DNA of 64,000 nt from an uncultured virus (IMG/VR IMGVR_UViG_3300002097_000869). Lineage: Duplodnaviria; Heunggongvirae; Uroviricota; Caudoviricetes. The notes below the pieces were generated by a model. The model ran no database searches. It saw only the letters and a program-made list of their open reading frames with translations, and was not told where the DNA came from. Made by a program: the position numbers and the translations under genes. The stretch is from positions 62,001 to 126,000 of the IMG/VR virus record IMGVR_UViG_3300002097_000869; one strand, written 5' to 3'. This document shows, piece after piece, positions 54,748 through 61,662 of the stretch (position 1 is its first letter; each line of letters begins with the position of its first letter).

Positions 54748-56338
54748 ATGTACCTGACTCTTTATCCCAAATTACGCCGTTGGTTGTTTGTAAATATAAA
54801 ATCCCAAGTTTTACTTGTTCTGTTTTAGCTCCTATAATTTCACTAACAGTGCTTATCCACTCTAGTTCGTTAGAACACTCATCAATAAGGGCGGTATCTA
54901 TTGTTTCTGAGATTTTATCAAGAACTATCTTACTTATTTTGTTTTTGTTCTTCACTAAATCTTTTTCTATCTTGTCCCAAGAGTCGCCTTCACTTAACCT
55001 ATACGAACAAGGTCGCTCGGCTAATTCTAGTAGTATGTTAAAGGAATTTCCGTGTCCTCTAAGTTCCGGCTTTAATAGATTAACCATCTCTTTTGCTTGT
55101 AATCTAACCTTTTCCACGTAGGGTTCAAAGTTCTTGGTATTACTATGTCTAGGTCCCCCATAGTCTCCATAATTGTTTAAAAGTTTTTCTTGTATTTCAC
55201 TTGCCTCATCCATATAGTCTGTATCGCCACTATGTAAAATACCATAGGTACTGAAAGACACGGCCTTTATAAGTAGCGAATATACAAGGAGGGATATTGC
55301 TGTTATAGCGGAAGGGGACAGCAGGCCATCACAGAAGCGGGCTTCTAGGTGTAGTTTTTCTATAGCTTCTTTGGAATCAAATTCTATATTGGAGTAGTTT
55401 ATAAAAGAATATCTGCCCTTGGTGCCATCTGACTCGCTTATTTCTTTTATAATAGATTTCATATTTCTACGTAGAGCGGAAAACTTTAGTATTGTGTGTC
55501 TGAATTTTGCCCATCTAGTAAGAGTATCCTTGGAAGTACCCGCAGAGGAGATCCAAACTAGGGCATTATGGTAACGTCTGATAAGTTGGTGAAAGTTTGT
55601 CAATATAATTTCCGGCATAGCTCTTTCGAGTTCTATTATATTATGTTTATTATTGACTCCCTTTTTGTATATTGGTATCACTTCCCCCCTATCGTTGAAA
55701 CCAATATTATAGTATCCTGATAAAAGATGTATGTGGGTGCTAGCTCTTTCATCTACGTAAGCACCCTTAGCTATACATTTGTCTATAATATTCTTTGTTT
55801 GTTCTAATAACATATCGTAGCTTACTCTCCTACCCACCGTTGTAACTTCAACGCCTCCGTCTCCCTTTAAGCTGCCATCTTTTACGATTTGGAATACTCC
55901 GTTATCGCCAATCTTAAGAAGGTTTTCCGATGGAGTCAGTTCCTTAACAAGCTTAGCTCGTACATGGGAGGGATTTTTATTCTCGTCCAGAAAGAGGGCA
56001 CATTTGGTACAGTCCCTTATGGCATCCTTGCATGTAAAGCAAGGAGAGTAAAATTCCACGCAGTATATTCCTGGGCATTCATATTTTTGTCTTAGAGTAC
56101 AATGCTTATAGGAAGCACATTTGGTGAAACACTTGGAGTTTTCTTTTTGGGGATGAGAGCACGGGCATAGAAAGCTCTTACCATTACAGTTGCCTGTTTT
56201 TTCTAGCAGGTTTAGTTCGTGTTCGAGCCCTATTTTTAGAGTAGCTTCCAATATTCTTTTCCAATAATTAGCTTCCTCCGATAGCAAACAGGGCCTGTTC
56301 TTTTTCTTTGTGAATACTAACTTCTGATTTTGTTTCAT
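54734..56338 (-). CDS. Putative amidoligase (glutamine synthetase/GCS-like fold) with Cys-rich insert
   Basis: KIGLEHE, DGSL..GVEVTT, STHIHL, RY..IN, LEARF.DG. Confidence 0.8.
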   Translation of the reverse strand: MKQNQKLVFTKKKNRPCLLSEEANYWKRILEATLKIGLEHELNLLEKTGNCNGKSFLCPCSHPQKENSKCFTKCASYKHCTLRQKYECPGIYCVEFYSPCFTCKDAIRDCTKCALFLDENKNPSHVRAKLVKELTPSENLLKIGDNGVFQIVKDGSLKGDGGVEVTTVGRRVSYDMLLEQTKNIIDKCIAKGAYVDERASTHIHLLSGYYNIGFNDRGEVIPIYKKGVNNKHNIIELERAMPEIILTNFHQLIRRYHNALVWISSAGTSKDTLTRWAKFRHTILKFSALRRNMKSIIKEISESDGTKGRYSFINYSNIEFDSKEAIEKLHLEARFCDGLLSPSAITAISLLVYSLLIKAVSFSTYGILHSGDTDYMDEASEIQEKLLNNYGDYGGPRHSNTKNFEPYVEKVRLQAKEMVNLLKPELRGHGNSFNILLELAERPCSYRLSEGDSWDKIEKDLVKNKNKISKIVLDKISETIDTALIDECSNELEWISTVSEIIGAKTEQVKLGILYLQTTNGVIWDKESGTYVRP

Positions 56339-57392
56339 GTTTCAACCATTTAAGTATGAGTGGTGCCTCGTGCTCCTCGGGTTTATAACTTATGTTTTGC
56401 ATATATTCACCAGCTAGGTTGCCAATATTTTCTTCTATTTTTTTCATTTCTTCTTTCATCTTATTCTTATTTCTACTGTAGTACATATCTTGTACTTTAG
56501 TTGTATCTGGTAATTTATATAGTTTAGCTATGTAATCTTTGTCAGATATTTTTTCTGTTCTTTTCCAAGCAAGGCTTTCTTTATAAACTGTGTTTAGGAT
56601 GTTTTCCATAAGGACAAAAGAAGTTGTTAGTAGGCTTAGTGCAAGTCGTGGGGACTTCAAATAATATCCCCCTGGGGTTCTATACTCCAAAGTTCTTCTA
56701 CTTAAGCGGTAGTCTCCTAACTTGCCATAATCTTTTGACAATCTTCTACTATCATTGCTATCTATAAAAGCACTTGGAATACCAATATAGTAATCTAATA
56801 TGGACACCATATTCTTTATTATTTTATCAGTGTTATTTGGGGCAAATAGAAGAAGGTCTTCAGGAAGACCAAGGTGAACGTGAAAACCACATACACGATT
56901 ATACAGACAAGACCCCGCAATGGGAAACAAGCCTTTCGGTAGTGTAGTATAAATTTTTAATACTTGGTTTTTTAGATTTTCCAGGTGCTGCTCCGGAGAT
57001 AAAGCAAAATCTGGACGTAATTCCCCTAATTCGCCATCACACCCTATTTGGCTGTCGAATGGAAGGACGGAAGAGGCATCTACTAATGTTCCTTTACGAT
57101 TTACAATAAAGAATTCAGGGTCGGACCCTATTGTTAGATCGTGCTTCTCTATATATATGTTTTTTCCTGGATTGTATATTATAGGGGATAATACGTTGAC
57201 AAATATATTCTTATTCCCGTGAGAGACAATATCTTCTTTTATAGCAGGGCAAACTAATAAACTAAATTTTCCAACCGCGGTATCAAATATTAACCAATCA
57301 CCATGGTCGATACCATAAGATAGCATTATTTCTCTTGGTACTCTAACCTGGTGCATTGCGCATGAAGTAGACGGAACAGCAGTAAGAAACAT
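56268..57392 (-). CDS. phiEco32-like COOH.NH2 ligase type 2, second paralog
   Basis: IGSDPEF, GCDG..GELRP, GFHVHLG, RR..YGK.GDYR, LEYRTP. Confidence 0.87.
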   Translation of the reverse strand: MFLTAVPSTSCAMHQVRVPREIMLSYGIDHGDWLIFDTAVGKFSLLVCPAIKEDIVSHGNKNIFVNVLSPIIYNPGKNIYIEKHDLTIGSDPEFFIVNRKGTLVDASSVLPFDSQIGCDGELGELRPDFALSPEQHLENLKNQVLKIYTTLPKGLFPIAGSCLYNRVCGFHVHLGLPEDLLLFAPNNTDKIIKNMVSILDYYIGIPSAFIDSNDSRRLSKDYGKLGDYRLSRRTLEYRTPGGYYLKSPRLALSLLTTSFVLMENILNTVYKESLAWKRTEKISDKDYIAKLYKLPDTTKVQDMYYSRNKNKMKEEMKKIEENIGNLAGEYMQNISYKPEEHEAPLILKWLKHETKSEVSIHKEKEQALFAIGGS

Positions 57393-57409
57393 GCACCACC
57401 TCTTATGAA

Positions 57410-58777
57410 TTAATGATAACGAATTAACATATTTTTCTGTTCGTAAGCAGCTTTCCTTTTCCAGAATTGATTTTTAAACATTTTTATATTGTCTACATAA
57501 TCGTAGACAATAGCATTTTCTTTTCCTTCCAACGGTCTCTCAATCCTGCCAGTTGACTGAACTATTAGGCTAGAACTCTTTAGGGGGGCGGCGAGAAATA
57601 AGCGACTTGAAGGTTTATAATTAAAACCCTCAGCTAGAAGGCCATAGGTTACTATAAGTATTTTTGTTTCTCCAGAGAGAAACCCTTCTATCTGTTTATC
57701 CCTAATCTTATTTGTCTGTTTGGAATGCGGAGAAGCAACAGTTATCCCCAAACTATTAAAGATATCTGTTAGAATATCTATATGTTTAGTGGTAACAGTT
57801 AATACCATACAGGTATTTTCTAGACCATACTCATATAGTATATCTGATACTATGAGATTGTTTCTTCTTTCATTAGTAGAAATATATTCTATTAGATCTG
57901 CATAGTTGGCTCCCCATAACTTCTTCGTAGCGGTAATTTCAGTATAGTGTACTAAGACAGAAGAATTTATTATTCTATTTGCATCTACTGCATCCTTATG
58001 CTTTATTGTTGTTACTACTGGTCCTATGTAATTAAACATCAAAGGATCTAATCCATCTTCTCTATACGGGGTAGCTGTAATTCCATATAAAAATCTAGGA
58101 GAAAATCCACAGATAACCTTTAAGAAAGTAGAGGAAGGAACATGTTGGCATTCATCAACAAGTATTAATCCAAAAGAATATTTAAGTTCTTTTATTAGTT
58201 CTTTGTTACGAACTAGTGTGGGAACCATACCTATAGTAAGTATATCCCCAAGTGCCTTCTTACTCTCTCCTATAATTCCTATTTTTCCTACTTCTATAAA
58301 TTTCTCTATCTCTTTCTTAACTTGTTTAACAAGGGGCCCCCTATGAGTTAGCCATAGTGTGGGTAACCCTAGTCTGGCTATGACTTCCAAAGCCATTACA
58401 GTTTTTCCACTTCCTGCGGGGGCTATGCCAATACCCTGTCGGTGGGAAACTAAACTCTCAACCCAGGGTATTTGTATAGGTTCCAACTTTATGTTATTAT
58501 TTATTAATCTTTTACTGAAATTGGCGGTAGTGTCTTCTATAACATTTATACTATTAGTTATTTCTGTAGCCCTATAGAGATAGCCTCTAGGAACTATTAT
58601 GCCTTCGGTTATTTCTGAATATTGTTTTATGAATTTTGGTATACCGAAGGTTCGTCTGCCAAATTGTATAGCAGATTTCCACGCAGGATTCGGGAAGGTT
58701 AGGTCTTTTCTAAATTGGTCTAGTTCAGTTTTTGATATGTTTGTTATAGTTAAGTCTTTGTCAATTTTGACATCCAT
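57410..58777 (-). CDS. SF2 DEAD/DEAH-box helicase (UvsW-like)
   Basis: APAGSGKT, DECQH, TATPYREDG, LAEGFN, QSTGRIER, YDYVD; ATG at 58777. Confidence 0.92.
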   Translation of the reverse strand: MDVKIDKDLTITNISKTELDQFRKDLTFPNPAWKSAIQFGRRTFGIPKFIKQYSEITEGIIVPRGYLYRATEITNSINVIEDTTANFSKRLINNNIKLEPIQIPWVESLVSHRQGIGIAPAGSGKTVMALEVIARLGLPTLWLTHRGPLVKQVKKEIEKFIEVGKIGIIGESKKALGDILTIGMVPTLVRNKELIKELKYSFGLILVDECQHVPSSTFLKVICGFSPRFLYGITATPYREDGLDPLMFNYIGPVVTTIKHKDAVDANRIINSSVLVHYTEITATKKLWGANYADLIEYISTNERRNNLIVSDILYEYGLENTCMVLTVTTKHIDILTDIFNSLGITVASPHSKQTNKIRDKQIEGFLSGETKILIVTYGLLAEGFNYKPSSRLFLAAPLKSSSLIVQSTGRIERPLEGKENAIVYDYVDNIKMFKNQFWKRKAAYEQKNMLIRYH

Positions 58778-59034
58778 CAAATCTTCAACGCGAGTACCCC
58801 GAGCTTTAGCTCTGGGGAGGAAGCGCTCCTCCTTGTTGTATTAGTAAAGTTTTACGACCTTTTAACCAAACAGTAGTCATGGCTTTAGGTCACTTATGAT
58901 TCGTAATTAGCTGGTTTGTTATCCCCAGTCTTCCTAGATTTTACTTGAGTAATGCTTTGGCTTTCCTTTTTTGGAATTATTTCCTAGTAAGCAAGGACTT
59001 GAAAGCCCCCGTTTTTAGGCGGGGGGTTATTTAT
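58778..59034 (-). mobile_element. Non-autonomous 257-bp internally deleted derivative (MITE-like) of the IscB element
   Basis: Minus strand keeps the left end (ATAAATAACCCCCCGCCTAAAAACGGGGGCTTTCAAGTCCTTGCTTACTAGG), three short iscB fragments and the right end (CTTCCTCCCCAGAGCTAAAGCTCGGGGTACTCGCGTTGAAGATTTG). Confidence 0.88.
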
Positions 59035-59041
59035 AGTCCTC

Positions 59042-59251
59042 TTACAAGGTCGTAGAACCCATCTCTTTAGGGGTGGGATATAAGGCCTTTTGATAGTCCT
59101 CACTTTCTTTTTTTACTATATTTGTAACTTCTACTTCGTATCCTCCTTCTTCTAAGTTTTTTCTATGTCTGTCTCTAAGTTTCATAAATTCATAGTATTC
59201 TTTCATGGATTCAAATGTTCTTCCTGGAAATAGGGGAACAGTGAAAGCCAC
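59042..59251 (-). CDS. Hypothetical protein
   Basis: Operon ORF. Confidence 0.55.
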   Translation of the reverse strand: MAFTVPLFPGRTFESMKEYYEFMKLRDRHRKNLEEGGYEVEVTNIVKKESEDYQKALYPTPKEMGSTTL

Positions 59252-59706
59252 TATAAACCTTTTACTAAGGACAAGATCTTATCTTGAGCTTCCTGTGAAA
59301 CTCCAGAAGGAAGACGAGGATCCGTGTTTGCAATAGTTTCTGATGGGTCCGAGGGTGCTTCTGAGCGTACTGTTGAAACAAAGCGAACATCATTAGCTAC
59401 TATATTTACGAACCTCTTTACTCCGGCTTCGGTCTCTATGCGCCTATTTTCTAAACGTCCTTCTACTATTACTGGAGTACCTTTTGAACAATACTTCATG
59501 ACGGCTTCACCCTGGGGTCCCCAACATACTATTGACATATATGTGGTTTCTTCCTGTTTTACTCCGTCTCTAGTCTTATACCGCCTGTTGGAAGCGAGAT
59601 CAAAACGGCACCCTTTGGTACCGTCCCCTATTGGGCTAGGATCCGAAGTAAGCCTACCACCAAATACCACCAAATTAATGTCTACTGACATAAAAACCTC
59701 CCACAC
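59251..59706 (-). CDS. ssb: Single-stranded DNA-binding protein
   Basis: INLVVFGGRLTSDP, IVCWG.Q.E, KG..V.VEGRL; no acidic DIPF tail. Confidence 0.9.
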   Translation of the reverse strand: MWEVFMSVDINLVVFGGRLTSDPSPIGDGTKGCRFDLASNRRYKTRDGVKQEETTYMSIVCWGPQGEAVMKYCSKGTPVIVEGRLENRRIETEAGVKRFVNIVANDVRFVSTVRSEAPSDPSETIANTDPRLPSGVSQEAQDKILSLVKGL

Positions 59707-59712
59707 TTTCTT

Positions 59713-60063
59713 CTAGTGTTTGCGTCCTCTACACCCACTGCCACAACTATGTGACTTATCGGTGTCGAGATTATTATTACAGTTTTTGCTACTATCACAA
59801 CCACACCCCTTTTTTACATTGCTGTTCTGGTTATTCTCCCATTCGCTATCCCCTAAACACATACAATTTCTCATATCATTCTTTTTATAAACCAATCTGT
59901 CTAGGGTCTCCCATATTTTTATTTCTTCAATATTCCAAGGGTTTTTTTTGAACCCACAGCTTGTACAAACGAATACTCTAAACCGTTCGTCTCCAAAACC
60001 GTGTTGGGTTTCCATATCGGCCAACATATCTTTTCCACAAACTTTACATTTGAGATTATCCAT
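59713..60063 (-). CDS. Cys-rich hypothetical protein
   Basis: CKVC..CTSC and a Cys-rich tail. Confidence 0.55.
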   Translation of the reverse strand: MDNLKCKVCGKDMLADMETQHGFGDERFRVFVCTSCGFKKNPWNIEEIKIWETLDRLVYKKNDMRNCMCLGDSEWENNQNSNVKKGCGCDSSKNCNNNLDTDKSHSCGSGCRGRKH

Positions 60064-60289
60064 TAGTGTTCTCCTTTTTTGCGGGTATAAGACGTATTAA
60101 AGCTGAGTATGAAATCCAAGAAAAGACCAGAACTATGAAGTAACCTAATAATTTAGACCTTATTCTAAATTCTAAACCCTCCTTTATAGCATATTTTTCT
60201 AGCTTTACATATTTTCTATATTCATATAGTGCACATACTGCTCCTACTAAATGTAGTAATAAGACAGAAGTGACTAAAATGTCAAGCAT
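60056..60289 (-). CDS. Small two-TM membrane protein
   Basis: Two hydrophobic segments. Confidence 0.55.
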   Translation of the reverse strand: MLDILVTSVLLLHLVGAVCALYEYRKYVKLEKYAIKEGLEFRIRSKLLGYFIVLVFSWISYSALIRLIPAKKENTNG

Positions 60290-60290
60290 T

Positions 60291-60644
60291 TTAGTTAACT
60301 TTTGCCGATCTTAGTACGTATTTTGAATTACAAGGGCCACCTTCAAAATATATAAGCTCCCCTTCTTTTACTATTGCTCTACATCCCTCCAAATATAGAA
60401 TTCCAAACTGCATTACTCCGAATAAACTAGTGTAGTGTATTTTAAATTGACTCCCTTCTTTTGGAATATCGTTTTCTATAACTAGACCTCGTATTGGTTC
60501 TCCTCTTAATTTTATATCCGCCACTTTACGCCCTCTATTTGGAAAGAACTTTTCATCTATAGTAAATAAGTCGTACATTGTTCCTTCCGCTTCTAGAGGT
60601 ATTTCGGAATATACTATACTATGTTCAAAGGCATCCTTGTCCAT
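60291..60644 (-). CDS. Hypothetical protein
   Basis: Operon ORF. Confidence 0.5.
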   Translation of the reverse strand: MDKDAFEHSIVYSEIPLEAEGTMYDLFTIDEKFFPNRGRKVADIKLRGEPIRGLVIENDIPKEGSQFKIHYTSLFGVMQFGILYLEGCRAIVKEGELIYFEGGPCNSKYVLRSAKVN

Positions 60645-60686
60645 GTTTTTTAACGCAACCCTTTTCTTTAAAGGAGAGAAAAGACA

Positions 60687-60941
60687 CTATTCCCTTTCAC
60701 CAAAGGGATTAAATCTAGTATGGTTAGGGAGTTCAGGAATAGGTAACCCCGGCCTCCAATTTGGATCTACTTCGCGAATACGACAAATCCAGCATATCTT
60801 GCCCTCACCAGGTACATTCATAGATGAAATACGTTTGTTGTACCACTCGTTGGCTCGCAACCACATCTTACGTATTTTACCACAACGAGGACACCGACTA
60901 TGGGCCGATCGCGTTTTATGGTTGTACACTTTGGTTGTCAT
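60687..60941 (-). CDS. Small zinc-finger protein
   Basis: CPRC..CWIC. Confidence 0.5.
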   Translation of the reverse strand: MTTKVYNHKTRSAHSRCPRCGKIRKMWLRANEWYNKRISSMNVPGEGKICWICRIREVDPNWRPGLPIPELPNHTRFNPFGERE

Positions 60942-60969
60942 TTTCGTTCTCTTTTAACCATCATTGTAT

Positions 60970-61662
60970 TCACTCATATTTGTCTATCCATTTAAGAAGG
61001 CGTATTGTTCCATAGTTATATCTATTATACCTTCCCTCCCGTTTCTGACTTTCGATAATGTTTCTACACACAGATATGTTCGCGCCGTGTTCTAATAGCG
61101 CTTCTATTACTTCAGTATGGCCGCAGGCTAAGGCATATTTGAGGGCCCGATCATAGTCTGCATGTACGTTCGCCCCATGCCTAAGTAGTACTTTTACAAT
61201 AGCAAGATGCCCTGTTCTACAAGCTTTCCTAAGAGCTAAATCATTATACATATGAACATCAGCTCCTTCGGTAATAACTCTACTCAATACTTTGGGTGTA
61301 ATCTTCTCTTTTTCACCCATAATTACTTTGTTGGCGTGCCATACTTGTGGCTTATTTTCAAGGTGTCCGAAAAACCCTGCAAAAGTATCTTTTACCACGT
61401 GGGTATTACTAGGTATGGTAACTTTTCGTAGCCACGGTCCACAATCTAAAAAGGCTAGAGTGTCTTCCTTGGTAAAATAGATATCGAATGATGGCTTAGC
61501 TACATTGAGCCCAGTCTTGAGTTTTAGTCCGTCATAAATTCTATTCAGCATTATAATTTTGTAGAAACCCATTTGGGTATCGTTTTTTATTTCGTGTGGG
61601 TCGTAGCTACAATGAGCCTGGGCATGGTAGTACTTAGACATTGTTCTTTCTTCTGATGTCAA
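60970..61662 (-). CDS. Ankyrin-repeat protein
   Basis: GADVH..ALRKACRTGHLAIVKVLLRHGANVH..AL.YA..GHTEVIEALLEHGAN. Confidence 0.85.
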   Translation of the reverse strand: MTSEERTMSKYYHAQAHCSYDPHEIKNDTQMGFYKIIMLNRIYDGLKLKTGLNVAKPSFDIYFTKEDTLAFLDCGPWLRKVTIPSNTHVVKDTFAGFFGHLENKPQVWHANKVIMGEKEKITPKVLSRVITEGADVHMYNDLALRKACRTGHLAIVKVLLRHGANVHADYDRALKYALACGHTEVIEALLEHGANISVCRNIIESQKREGRYNRYNYGTIRLLKWIDKYE

